Assembly (NCBI RefSeq): GCF_009914755.1
Contig: NC_060933.1
Source: the human T2T-CHM13v2.0 reference genome, Homo sapiens
Length of the DNA: 64,000 bases
Direction: 5' to 3' (one strand)
The translations under genes were made by a program, and so were the position numbers. Below are positions 1 through 45,554 of this stretch, piece by piece; position 1 is the first letter of the stretch, and every line of letters starts with the position of its first letter. Below the pieces are notes generated by a model. That model searched no databases. It worked only from the letters and a program-made list of their open reading frames with translations, and was not told the DNA's origin.

Positions 1-30702
<30,702 letters not shown>

Positions 30703-31209
30703 GACTGAACCCTTGCACAAGTCGATGCTGCTTACAGAAGGAAGCAGGATATAGCTGTTCCTTAATTGGAGCTGGAAAAGAAAAAGAGAAAATCAGCATA
30801 AAATCCATATATTCAAAGTCCTAGCTGCAATCAGGAAAACTAAGGAAAAAGAGAAACATTGAACATGATTTTATGTCACTTAAATCCCAAGGACTCTCTC
30901 TCCCCTACACCCCACCCCAGCAGAGAACACCTGTCCCTGAGGAACTGTTCTGGGGGGCAGGGGACAGAGTGAGAACCCTGGATGGCCTGGCTGCGAGCTG
31001 ATGGAGTATGTCTAGATGGCCACTCCCTCCCCTGGGATCCTCTACTCACAGGGCCCATTGCTGCCGCAGACCCGCGCCACAACAACGGGGACAGTGCGGA
31101 ACCTGACCACTGCTGTGATATGCTACCAGACCCACAGATACTCAATGTTTTCCTGTAAACCATCCCTAGATCCAGGAAGAGCCAACTCTTCTATTAAGAA
31201 AGAAAAACT

Positions 31210-31510
31210 GGCCAGATATGGTGGCTTACGCCTGTACTCCCAACACTTTAAGAGGCCAAGGCGGGAGGACCACTTGAGCCCAGGAATTCGAGGCCAGCCT
31301 GAGCAACAGGGGGATCTCGTTTCTACAAAAAATACAAAAATCAGCCAGGCATGGTGGTGCACACCTGTAGTCCCAACTACTCAGGAGGCTGAGGCAGGAG
31401 GATTGCGTCAGCCTGGGAGGTTGAGGCTGTCGTGAGCTATGACAGCACCACTACCCTTCAGCCTGGGTGACACAGTGAGTCCCTAGCTCAAAAAAAAAAA
31501 AAAAAAAAAA
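31210..31510 (+). mobile_element. AluJ
   Basis: Alu consensus. Confidence 0.9.
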
Positions 31511-31627
31511 GGAAAACTTTATATCATACTTTCCATACATGTTAATTTTAAATTTCAAAAGGGATACAAAAGTTTAAAATTCATTCTTCCATTTTCTTTG
31601 ATGAAAGAGCATTATGAAGTATAGTTA

Positions 31628-31948
<321 letters not shown>

Positions 31949-32450
31949 GTGACACAATCATTTTTTTAAAAAGCACTGCAAAATAAATATATTCATCTAA
32001 ATGCCTTTTATCACACCTCTTCATAGGTCTCCGTTTTTTGTACTGTGACTGGCTTAAGGTCTGAAAGGACCACCAGCAAGATGTTACCTTTGAACTGGAG
32101 CCGTAACTGTGCCTGGAATGGAAACTCCCAGGAAACTTAAAGCAGCTTTACAAGGCACAGACTGGATTCCAACACTTTCAACAACAGGCAGAATTGCCAA
32201 GAAACCTCTTACAGAAAAGAAAGGGGCAAAAACCTCCATCAGTTTTTAAATAAAACATAGTAGATACAAACTTGAATAGTTAACCTGGCCTCTTAAGGCA
32301 AAAATTCAAGGACTATATCTTTAGGAAAGTTCTTTTCTTTCTATCAGTCTTTCTTCTTGTCAGCACCACCCTCATGAACAAACAGATAAGTTTAGCCAAT
32401 CAAAGGAAAAATTAAACCAAAGGGGAGGACTCTGTAGTTTAATCCACACA

Positions 32451-32742
32451 TTTTTTTTTTTGAGACGGAGTCTTGCTCTGTCGCCCAGACTGGGGTGCAG
32501 TGGTGCGATCTCGGCTCACTGCAAGCTCCGCCTCCCAGGTTCATGCCATTCTCCTGCCTCAGCCTCCTGAGCAGCTGGGACTACAGGCACCTGCCACCAT
32601 GCCAGGCTAATTTTTTGTCTTTTCAGTAGAGATGGGGTTTCACCATGTTAGCCAGGATGGTCTTGATCTCCTGACCTCATAATCCACCCGCCTCGGCCTC
32701 CCAAAGTGCTGGGATTACAGGCGTGAGCCACCGTGCCTGGCC
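32451..32742 (-). mobile_element. AluY/Sc
   Basis: Reverse Alu; TSD aatccacacat. Confidence 0.92.
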
Positions 32743-32803
32743 AATCCACACATCTTTGCAGATGTATATTATTTTGGTCTCTTGGAAATCTTTCTGATAT
32801 TCA

Positions 32804-33125
<322 letters not shown>

Positions 33126-33700
33126 TTAAGTCAAGCTATTTACTAGGAACAGCAGCAAAGGCTTCATGGAGGTTTTAGGCTCTCATCTGAAAACAAAGAA
33201 TGTTCACAGCTCTATTTTATATGGACTGAAAGGAGAACAGGCAGAGCATCTTCCTCTGATCTGTGCACTGGCATTATCTTCCACTGGGTCCTACCAGCTG
33301 CACAGCCACAGCAGACACAGCGACACCTGCAACCACGGCCAGAACACGCAAACTTCCAAGCACCTCCTGAAACTCTGCTGCCAGAACTGGGGTCCTACCT
33401 CATCTCTCAAGACATGGCCTTCCCCGGGAAGATCCTTATCATCCTCAAAAGCTTTTGTTTGCTTTAAACACAGAGCACGGGCCTAGAGGTTTATTCCTTG
33501 GCTGCTGCTGTGAGAGCAAAACTGAGTGTCCAGGTGAGTGGCTCGAGGCAGCCACTCCTCTTTCTGCAATGTATTTTTGTCTATAAAATGAGAGAATCGA
33601 TGTGATTATTTTTTCCTAAAAAACCCGGGTTTAATCTTATGAGATTCTACTCACAGTGGATTCTGGGATGTCCTAATCCCACCTGCTGTTTAACAGGGGT

Positions 33701-34156
<456 letters not shown>

Positions 34157-34219
34157 TCACCAGGAGAAAAACAATGCAACTGCCTATCACCTATGTCACC
34201 ACTACAGGGAATTTTATTC

Positions 34220-34528
34220 TTTTTTTTTTTTTTTTTTTTTTTTGAGACGGAGTCTTGCTCTTTCACCCAGGCTGGAGTGCAGTGGCGCGATCTCGGCTCA
34301 CTGCAGGCTCCGCCCCCCGGGGTTCACGCCATTCTCCTGCCTCAGCCTCCAGCGTAGCTGGGACTACAGGCGCCCGCCACCTCGCCCGGCTAATTTTTTT
34401 TTGTATTTTCAGTAGAGACGGGGTTTCACCGTGTTAGCCAGGATGGTCTCGATCTCCTGACCTCGTGATCCGCCCGCCTCAGCCTCCCAGAGTGCTGGGA
34501 TTACAGGCATGAGCCACCGCACCCGGCC
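34220..34528 (-). mobile_element. Young AluY (Ye-like diagnostics)
   Basis: TSD cagggaattttattct; gcctgcag and gggcgaggtgg variants; long pure A tail. Confidence 0.9.
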
Positions 34529-36028
34529 CAGGGAATTTTATTCTGTAACCTCAAGTCATCTAATTCTTTTATTGTTCCAAAGAGGCCAGCTGATCTTGAA
34601 GATGCAGTATTCATAAACCTAGCTAGTCAGTTAAACTGCCTTGTAACCATGTGGATACCTAAGCAAAACTCTTTTTAGTACAGTTCTGGCTACAGAACTG
34701 AGGCATTTAAAATGCATGCACACCCCTCTCCTCTTGCTGCCACTGGCTTCATATTTTAAGTGAGGAAAACAATAGTGTGCCAGGAAGCCCCTGAGTTTAC
34801 CTACTGCCTACAGTCTCCCTCACGGTGGCTGCTAGTGACGCCCTGTCAGACTGTGGGATGCTTGACACAAAGACATGATCAACTCCAACTCTTCTAAGTT
34901 AGAATCGCAACCACATACAGTTAGATGTTGAAGAGGAAGCCAGCGACAGAGGAGGCCAGCAGCCTAACACTGATGAAAATGACGAAGACCCTGGTATTCA
35001 TGAAAGATGCTTACAGAAGAAGAAATCACATTAACATTTACCCACTACCATGACCTCTTGCTGGGTTTGGCAAAAAAAGACAAAGAAAAAGAAAAAAAAA
35101 GTGCCCACTGCCTCAAAGAAAACTTTAAGTACAATTTTGAGACTCACTGTAGTAACCACTATTAACAGTAAACGAGGAACAAGGAACAAGAAAGACACGC
35201 TATTTTGCCTCTTGTCTACAAGATACCAGCACCTGAACCTTAAGAAAGGGGATGAGGAAAAAACGCAGGGAGGCTGCATTGTGCTGAAACTTGCAAAAGT
35301 ATCACTTCTAGGAAGAACCGTCTGCGGTTCCGTTTGCTTCGTATTGCCACATGGGGGATGGGAAATACCTCTTTGGTTAACATCGGCATCACACATGTAA
35401 AACAAAATCTTAATATACAATCCACACCCAACTTACAAGCCATTTAAAAGTGTTCTTAAGCGGCAAAAACTGACTTTAAATGGCTCTGATGTTTCTGAAG
35501 GCTCTACTGTAACACTTCCATCACAAAGGGGCGAGCCGGATCACACACACTCCTCTAACCCTCGGCCTCTGTTGCAACATCCTGATCGCCCAATCAAGAA
35601 ATTACAAACAAACAACTCTGCTCTTTGGTTCAAATGTAAATGTGTCTCTTCACCAGCATCGCTAAGGAAGCCTTCTAGCCGGTGAGGACAAGACACGCTC
35701 ATTTGAAAAGTTAAGAGTCTTACGAGGGGTGCCTGGGGGTCCAGCCTCCCGCCCCGGGAACCGGCGTCACCGCAGCCCAGCCGGGTCCACGTCAGTCCCT
35801 CGAGTCCCACGGCGGCCCGCGCCGCGTCCGGCCTTCCGCTCTGGCCCGGGGGCCCGGACGTCTGTCCCCTCGACCGGCCCCGGCGGGACCCGAGATGCAC
35901 CGCCCGCTCGGGGCTGGGCCCAGCCGCCTCCTCTCCTCCGCGCCCCGACCTCCACGGCCTGGCTCCGCCGGCCGGCCTCCGCCTTCCTCCTCCCGCGCTC
36001 GCCCCCTCACCCGCGCTCGCCCCCTCAC

Positions 36029-36150
36029 CCGCGCGGCTGAGACCGATCCCTCAGGAGCCGCGGGCGAAAGCCCACCCGACGCTGGCGACGAGCACAGACA
36101 CCTCAGCCGCCGCAGCCATCTTGGCACATCCGGCTCCGGTCTCCGCGGCC
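36029..36150 (-). other. SEC16A: Probable SEC16A non-coding exon 1 (TSS approximate)
   Basis: CGG|gtgagg donor at 36028 inside the CpG island, just downstream of the GC-box cluster. Confidence 0.6.
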
Positions 36151-36184
36151 GCCGCGCCGCCGACGTGTCCGGCTTACGACATCA

Positions 36185-36650
36185 GCGCGCGCCCCGCCCC
36201 TGGCCCCGCCCCTCGGCTCGTCGGCCCAGACGCGTTCTCTTTCAGCCCTTCACAGCCCATCCCTCGGCCCCGCCCCTCGCCGGCGTCCGTCCTCCCCGCC
36301 TCATCCCTCTGTCCCGCCCCCTCTGCCCCGCCCCCTCTGCCCCCGCCCCTCGCCGGCGTCCGTTCTTCCCCGCCTCATTCTTTCGTCCCGCCCCCCGCCC
36401 GTCTTCCACGCCTTATCCTGTAGTTCCCGCTCCCCTTGGCCCCGCCCCTCTTCCGTCGTTCCTCGCCTCATTCTTTCGTCCCGCCCCCTTAGCCCCGCCC
36501 GTCGTCCGTCTTTCTCCGCCTCATCCTGTCGTTCCCGCCCCTTTGGCCCCGCCCCTCGGCCGTCCTTCCCCGCCCGTGGCCCCGCCCCCCGCCGGCGTCC
36601 GTCTGCCGCCTCACCGCTTGGCCCCGCCCCTCGCCACCTGCCCGGCCAGG
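36185..36650. repeat. Degenerate C-rich tandem repeat containing many GC-boxes
   Basis: Recurrent ccccgcccc, cgccggcgtccgt and cgcctcattctttcgtcccgccccc units. Confidence 0.75.
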
Positions 36651-37553
36651 CGCGCCGGGGCCGTCCCAGTACGTCGCCCTGTTTACGCTGGCTCTTTCTC
36701 CCAGTCTTTTTTCGTTTTAAGATGTGAGAAGAGATGGGATTCTTCAATCAAGGCCACAAGCGGGAAATCAGTCTGCAGGACCGATGCCAGCAGGCTCACG
36801 CACCGAGAACGGCTACTCCGCCCAGCTGAGAAGCGCGGGGCCCTGACGCGGGCGCGCTCCTCGCATTCTTCCGTTGGGCTGGGAGGCTGGAGGGCAGGCG
36901 GCGGCGGCCGCGCATGCGCCGGGAGCGGCCGGAGCTGCGGGACGCGGAGGGCCGACTGCGCCTGCGCGCTGGTTGCCTGGTTACGGCGTGGCCGCGGGCA
37001 CCGAGCGGCGCCGGAAGTTGGTCGATGGCTGCCGCCAGTCCCTGGCCAGCGTCCTGGGGTTTCCCCGACGCATCCTCTACTGTCCCTTCGCTCTGCACAG
37101 AGGCCCGGGCAGGGAGGGGCGGCCCGGCCACCGCGCGGAGCCGGGTGTCCGCCGACTCGCAAGGGGGACGTGCGGGCTCCTCGTCCCCAAGCTCCGCCCT
37201 GCGCCTTTGCTGCGCCGGGCCCTCCCAGGCCCACCCTGGCCCCAGCCCTGCTGTCCTCCCGGGGAGGTGCGGCCTACTCGGTTCGTTCCCCCGGCCGCCA
37301 GCCCCACAGGGGCGCTGGGGTCCCAGCCTTGGCTGAGTGCACGTCGGTGGCGAGTGGGCCCGGGCGCTCGGGCGGCCAGAGCGACCCAGCGGAGGGGTGA
37401 GGCGGGTAGGCGCTCCTGTGCCTGCCACGGCCAGGCCAGGCAGCATCCACGCCCTCCCGCGGAAGATCGCAGGGAACAGGTGGGCACTATCCTCTGTGCC
37501 CTCATTTTTCGGAGGAGCCGAGGGAGGCTGAGCGGTTGAGGAAGCGGCCAGCC

Positions 37554-38165
37554 ATGCCGGGCCCACTCACCTGCACACCTGCCTGGCAAGGGCAGGGAAG
37601 AGCCGCGGCCTTCCTCTGCTGCTCCTTCCAGAGGGCAGGCGCCGTGGTGGGGGTGCCCGCCCGATGGCATCGCGGGAGGCTGAGCTCCCAGCAGCGGCTG
37701 AGGTCCTCCCTGGGTGGGAGCCACCCTTGTCCCCAGCTGGGCCGGCGGCTGGTGAGGGAGGGGGTGATATCCGTGCCACGCCAGCAGGGCCGCAGGCGGT
37801 GCAGGGAGAGCTTCAGTCCGGCTGACGTGGCACCAGGGCCAATCTGCTCAGCTAACATTTGCCTTTCAGGAGTCAGATTCCTGACCTGTTTGAACAGAGT
37901 TAGGGAGCACGTGGTAGGGCCCAGCCCCAGCCCCGCTGCCCCCATCTGCTTCTTCCCAGTGGTCGAGGCGCTCTGCACCCTCCGCGGAAGGAGGTGTCAT
38001 TGTTTGCCCTTTCCAAAGAGGGGGATGCAGAGGTGGATGCTGCCTCTCAGGCGTGGGGCTCGCCTTTTGCCGCTCGCGAGTTCAAAGAACCCAAGAGCCA
38101 GGAGCCCAGGGCTCGACCCTCTAGGGTCCTCCGAAACCCTGTGGTCCCACCGGGGTGGGCACTAA
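37554..38165 (+). CDS. C9orf163: C9orf163 putative 203-aa ORF (may be non-coding)
   Basis: MPGPLTCTPAWQGQGRAAAFLCCSFQRAG... single-exon ORF in gccATGc context, divergent from SEC16A; no recognisable domain. Confidence 0.65.
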   Translation: MPGPLTCTPAWQGQGRAAAFLCCSFQRAGAVVGVPARWHRGRLSSQQRLRSSLGGSHPCPQLGRRLVREGVISVPRQQGRRRCRESFSPADVAPGPICSANICLSGVRFLTCLNRVREHVVGPSPSPAAPICFFPVVEALCTLRGRRCHCLPFPKRGMQRWMLPLRRGARLLPLASSKNPRARSPGLDPLGSSETLWSHRGGH

Positions 38166-38997
38166 GCTATGGGAGAGACCATAGCTGCAGAAACCAACCC
38201 TGCCCTAGGCATAAAATGCAAGGTCTCTGGACCTCAGGGCAGGGATGTTAGACAGCGGCTTCTGTTGGCTCCTAGGGGTGTGAATCACCACATCACCTGC
38301 AGGGGGCGCGGCTGTCTTTCTTCCCCCTCTTCTCCCTAATCCTGAGTGCACGGAGACAGCTCTCAGCAGTTTGTAGCCTGATGTGGAGTGGAGGGTTCCT
38401 GCACCCTACACCCGAGCCCATCCAGCCTCTGGGCCATAGACCCTTCCGTTGAAGGCCCAGCCTGCCCCTGAGACGCTGTGTGCCCTTTTTCAACTTCCTT
38501 AGTCTCTGAGCATCAGGTCTTCATCTCTAAGATAGAGCAAGATGAGCACCTAAACGTTTCAGGGCTGAAATGGGGTTGCCAGGACAACAAGCATGGCAGG
38601 GGCGAATGGGGACATCAGGTGACTGACTGCGAGCCAGCAGAGGCCTCCACCCAGTGCTGGGAGGTGTCCCGCCGGTGGTGGCCATCACTATTCCTGGTGG
38701 GGCTTTGCTGCTTTTGCCTGCAGCATCCGCTGGTTTCTCCATTCTCCAAGTCTCTGCCCCTGCTCACACCTGGAGGCTGGACACAAGTGTCACCACTTCC
38801 CTGAACCCCCCTAGGTGGGCTGGAATCAGCATCTGGTGCAAAGCTCTGTGACCACTGCTGTACCACATTATGCAGAGCACACAGGACAGGCTGGTGCACC
38901 TCCAGGCTGTGCCAGGAAACCCGCTGCCTTTGCGTCACCACAGCCTTGGTCACAGCGTGACCTTGGTGCCTCCGACGGGTCAGCTCCTCCCATTAGC

Positions 38998-39262
38998 CAT
39001 GCTGTCCAGCACGGGGGCCGCTGGTGCTTGCTGTGAGACTGAGCTGGGCTCTGAGTGTAAACTACATGGTAGGTTGTGAAGGATGCAAATATCGAATCAA
39101 TCATTTTTTATTGCATATTAAAATGACAATATCTTGGATGTATCAGATTAAACAAAATACTATTTAATTTTATTTCACCTGTTTCTTTTGTTTTTGACAT
39201 AGCTGCTGGGAAATGTAAAACTCCACATGGGGCTGGTGTTACATTTCCACTGGACAGTGTTG
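38998..39262 (-). mobile_element. MER33 (hAT-Charlie DNA transposon relic)
   Basis: Inverted ends gctgtcca...tggacagtg; internal tttcacctgtttctttt. Confidence 0.7.
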
Positions 39263-41714
39263 GTCTAGAAGGCAGGCACTCAGCACCCCTAGCCTGTGCT
39301 TATAGCCTCCTATGATAGGGGCCTGAAATGCCAGAGGCTGATGGGTGGACCTGGCTCTTTGCTGACAACTGGCGGGCCAGTGGCGGTCCTCCAGGGAGCC
39401 CCCAGCAGAGCAGCAGTCTCAGTGAACGCAGGACGGCCCCTCACTGTGAGCTTCTGCTCCTCTTTCCTACCTGGTGTAAAATAGCAGTGGCGAGTATGTC
39501 TGGGTGCTTGTGGAGGTTTACTGGGCAGGCCTGCTCCCTGCCGGACACTGTCCTCAGCCCCTGACACAGACCCTTAGTCCTGGACGCTGAAGCTGGAGGC
39601 TTGGCCTGGAGAGAGGAAGGGGCAGTCTCTGTGAGACGGTTAGCTGGGTGGTCCAGGCAAAAAAACATATGAAGGCCTCCAAGGTGGAGAGCACTGACAC
39701 GGAGCTCTTCCTGGAGGAGGAGGGAATAGGGCTGGGAAGCTGGAATCAGGGGAGAGGAAGCAGATCTGGAGGCAGGGTCCGTAGAGTTTGTTCTGTGGCG
39801 TTTGTTCATCAGGCCCCTGCAGGGGTTCCCTGTCAGCATGCCACCAGGCTGGCCAGAGGGTGGGCCAGGCTTCCTCTTCTTACCCTCACAGAGGAGAGGA
39901 AGTCACCTCTGTGAGGGGAAGGCCAGACCCCCAGGGCCATGGTGGGCAGGGTGGAGGGAGCTTCAGGCCCACTCACTTCCATGCACAAGGCCTGCCAAGC
40001 ACACAGCATAGGGTCCGCAAACATGCTCACCACGCTGCCACCCCCTTCCCGTGTTCTACTCACCTCTGAGCCCCACCCTAACCTGGAGTGCTCGCCCGGT
40101 GTGCTCGCCAGGGGTGTGCAGCGAGACAGCACTGTCCACTTTCTAGGCCTTCCCAGGGCTGACATGAGGCTGAAGGTGCATCCCCGCCCTGGCACATGTG
40201 CCCTTGCTCTCGGCTGCTGGGGAATGGGTCCCACAGCGCCTCCTCCCAGCACAGGCAAAGGCATCTCCTTTTGGGCGCCCACCTGGCTAGCAGAGCACAG
40301 GTAAGATGGCTCCAGCAATGGTGGGCTAACTACCGTGTGTCCAGCTGTACTGCAAGCTTCCAGAAGTCAGAGACCCTCAGCCACTACCCAGGTGTTCAGC
40401 CTTGGGCAAGCTACCTGGCCTTTCCAAGCCTCTGCCTCCTCCCCTGTAAAAGAAGGTGACAGCCTTGCCCTTTCCCGGCCTCCTGCAAGGACTTCCTGGA
40501 CCTGACCTCACAGGGTGGCAAGCGTATCCTCCACACCAGGCCTCCCCGGAGGCACAGGGCACATTGACGGCATTGCCAGCAGCCTCGTTACTGCAGGAGC
40601 GTCATGCTCCTCATCTCCAGCATCTTCAAGCATGTTGGGCACATAGCAGGTCTCAGAGAACATTTTTCTGGAATCATTGAGCCAAGTACTTACCATGTAA
40701 GGTGCTAAAAAGCACTAGGAATGAAGCAGAAAGCTCAAGGCTGATGTCGATGTCACAGTAACCTGGGACCGCAGGCCCCCAGGGCCACAGGAGGAACTGC
40801 TGGCTGTCCTTGAGCTGAGGCAGGGTCTTGGTAAGCCCACGAGTCCTCTATCCCCAAACCATGCACAGATGTCTGCTGAGTCCCTGCTGTACCCCAGGCA
40901 CTGCTAGGAGCTGGGCTGTGGCCGTGAGACAGACAAGCCCAGACTCTGCCTCCGGGGAACATGGATGCTGGCTGGCCACAGAGGTGCCCATACAGAGGGC
41001 ACCATGCAGTGTCTGCTGGGGACAGGCAGGAGGAGAAGGAGCATTTCTGGCTGAAGTGAACAGTCCACATGAGGCTTCTGCGGGGTGAGCGGCCAGTGGG
41101 CGTAGGCTAGTGTGGACTCTGTAGGCTTGCTAAGAGACCCGCAGGTGGTGTCTGGAAGTATAGGAAGCTTCCAGAGGCTTTTCAGCCAGGAGCGATGCAA
41201 CCAGTTTGGGCCCCAAAGGCTCTCCAGGTTAGGGTTCGAGCTAGGGACTAGGGAGAGCCAGGGCCCAGGAGGCAGCCTTGGGTGGCCTAGGAGAAAGAGG
41301 CGCTGAACCCAGGAGAGTCCCCAAGAACCCGGGAGAGTCCCCGAGGGCACAACCCCAGCACAGCACGGGGTTCACACACAGCAGGCAGGAGACAGTCCTG
41401 AGCATTGAGTGATGATTTAAGTGGTGGACATGGACTTGGTGGCCTGGGGACTGTAGATAGGGAAGAGAAAAGGGCCCGGGTGGAGCTGGGAAGAGCTCCA
41501 GTATTCGATGCCAGGCCAGTCGTGGCATTAACTCCTGGCAAAGTATCCGATGCCAGGCTGGCCATGGTATTGACTCCTGGCAAAGTGGCCCAACAACCCC
41601 CTTCTCCCCTCTGAGCAGCCGTCTCCCTGTCTGAAAAGTCACCAGGCTGGATGGCATCAACTCTACAGGCCTTCCTGCTCCTCTGAGGGCAGGTGACTCC
41701 TCGTGGTTTGACAC

Positions 41715-41830
41715 GGACCGGGAATCACATAGCCCTGGCTCAGTGAATGGGCGAACTTGGCTAAGTCGCCTAACCTCTTTGAGCCCCAGCTTCCTCATGT
41801 GTAAAACAGGATAATAGCAGTGTCGCGGGG
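41715..41830 (-). mobile_element. MIR
   Basis: cttggctaagtcgcctaacctctttgagccccagcttcctcatgtgtaaaa matches the MIR core. Confidence 0.7.
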
Positions 41831-41967
41831 GATGGCCCTGGGCGTGGGGTGAGGGCCATTTCTGCCCTGTGGTCACTCGGGAGGACCTGTGGGGTGCTGG
41901 CAGAGCAGTGCCACCAGGGGGAGGCAGAGAGCCGCCTCTGAGTCGGCCAAAGTAACAGGTGCACGCT

Positions 41968-42415
<448 letters not shown>

Positions 42416-43257
42416 TAGTTATAACTTTTCTAAGGTTCATTTTATTAAATGGAAAAATGCCAAACAGAACGACAAAGGCTGTGGTAGAATGTGCACGTTT
42501 GTGTGGACCCAGGGCACATTTTCACCAGAAAATCCCGTGCGATAGAGTGGAAGATATACCAAAAGCCACAGCAAATATCACGCGTGACTCCGCAGAAAAT
42601 TATAGATTCCTAACAAACACTGAGAGTGTGTCCTGTGCTGTAAGGTCCAGGGATGGGCCACAAGTTCAAGGTTGTGTGAAGAACAACGGAAACCCACCTC
42701 TGAGGCCCTGGGCACCTGGCGCCTGTCGTGTTGGGCATGAATAAAGCTTCGCAGCTCAGTCCTGCAATCTCCATGAGCCTAGACTTGTCCATCTTAAAAT
42801 GTAGACGGTTAGGACACCTGCTGAAGGGGCCGCCAGGCTTAACTGTGCCAACACGGCATGCAGGTGGAGAACAAAGAATGCGATTGAAAACCTCCTAACG
42901 ATAACAAGAGCTGTTCCCTTTCTGAGCCCTCACCCCATGCCCAGCGTGCACCAGCAGCTCACCATCGCAGGCCCAGGGCCAGCACCCAGGTCCCCACTTG
43001 ACCCACGAGGACACTGAGGTACAGCAACAGCCAGGACAGCAGCCGCCAGGTGGAAAGCAAAGACACGAAGCAGCCAGATCGGGAGTCACGTCGGGGCAGG
43101 CGACTGAGGCGCCACCCAGCCACCTTCAAGATGCAGATTGAAGAACAGCCTTTCCCAAAGCTCGCTCGCTCACTGACCCTGCGTCTTCGTCTGCAAAGCC
43201 TGAGTAACGTGGGAGGCCCTGCAACGCCCCCTCTGAGAGACCTCCACTAACGCCAGC

Positions 43258-43570
<313 letters not shown>

Positions 43571-44199
43571 AACGCCAGCACTTTCAACGCACCGGGACCA
43601 AGCTGGACCCGGTTTTGTTTTGAAACACTTTTACTTTTGCAGACGAATACGTCGGTGTCCCACCAGGAACCGCTGCTGGTGGATGCTCACCACGGGAAAC
43701 AGCCGCGTGACGCTCCCCCTTGTCTGCCTCTGCCCAGCGCTGCCCCCTCCAGCAGAGCTCCTCATGTGTGGTTCGTGGATTTGGGTCCACGATGAGATAA
43801 GGAGCCACACAGAACGAAATCAGTCCACCGCTGAGCACGCAGTTGAGCCCCACGGACACCCTTTGCAAGTGAGACTTTTGGGATGAAGGCAGCACAGGCC
43901 TGTCGATCCCTGGAGCAGCCCGGGGGCTACGGCACCGTGCTTCCCTCTTGGATGGAGGCAGCCCTGCCTGCCGGGGGCCTGATTTGTGGGCCCTGATGAG
44001 TTGGTGCCTCCGGGCTCTTGGGACCCTCCTTTGCTCTATCCAGAGGGACGCAGCGCCACACTCGGGGTTCACGCCGGCAGCGGCATGGAGTGAGTCACCA
44101 GGCTGAAGATACACTTGGTGTTTTCCTGCGCTGGGTGGAACTGTCTGGAGCCCCCTTGGCATCCTGCTGAAGAGTCCGAATCTGGACGTGAGCCTCCTG

Positions 44200-44773
<574 letters not shown>

Positions 44774-45450
44774 GGCCAGGCGCAGTGGCCCACACCTGTA
44801 ATCCCAGCACTCTGGGAGGCCAAGGTGAGGAGAGGACTGCATGAGCTCAGGAGTTCGAGACCAACCTGGGCAACAAAGTGAGACCCCATCTCTGCAAAAA
44901 ATAACAAAAAAATTGGGTGGGTGAGGTGGTGTGCACCTGTAATCCCAGCTGCTAGAGAGACCAAGGTGGGAGGATCACCTGGGCCCAGGAGGTTGAGGCT
45001 GCAATAAGCTATCATGGCACCACTGCACTCCAGCCTGGGTGACAGAGCAAGACCCTGTCTCAAAAACTTTTTTTAATTAAAAAAAAAAAATAACATATTG
45101 AGGTGAGACTCACAGAACCTAAAATTAACCACTTTAAAGTGTACGAGTTAGGCCAGGTGCAGTGGCTCACGCCTGTAACCTCAGCACTTTAAGAGGCCGA
45201 GGCGGGTGGATCACTTGAGATCAGGAGTTTGAAACCAGCCTGGCCAACATGGTGAAACCCAATCTCTACTAAAAATACAAAAAAATTAGCCGGGTGTGGT
45301 GGTAGGGGCCTGTAATCCCAGTTACTTTGGAGGCTGAGGCAGGAGAATCACTTGAACACAGAGGCGGAGGTTGCAGTGAGCCAAGATCACGCCACCACAT
45401 TCCAGCCTGGGTGACAGAGCGAGACTCCGTCTCAAAAAAAAAAAAAAAAA
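44774..45450 (+). mobile_element. Two Alus (44774-45090 J-like; 45151-45450 S-like)
   Basis: Alu consensus. Confidence 0.9.
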
Positions 45451-45554
45451 GCGTCCGCGTTATTGGCATTTAGTGCACTCGAAGGGCTGTGCACGCACCA
45501 CCTCTCCCTGGGCCCAGAACATTTGCGTCACTCCAAAGTAAAACCCCGGGCCGT

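Larger units (their letters stand above)
35730..37450. promoter_or_regulatory. CpG island / bidirectional promoter of SEC16A (-) and C9orf163 (+)
   Basis: Very high GC and CpG content; many CCCCGCCCC GC-boxes; NRF1-type GCGCATGCGC at 36910-36919; ETS CCGGAAGT at 37011-37018; YY1-like CAAGATGGC around 36115-36123 (minus). Confidence 0.9.

Noticed and set aside
34700-35100. Possible processed-pseudogene remnant (DVEEEASDRGGQQPNTDENDEDPGIHERCLQKKKSH* followed by an A-rich tract)
   Set aside because: I could not identify a parent gene, poly(A) signal or TSD; a blastn/blastx search would be needed.
35895-37400. 501-aa plus-strand ORF across the promoter
   Set aside because: Low-complexity Pro/Arg/Ala sequence expected from a stop-poor CpG island.
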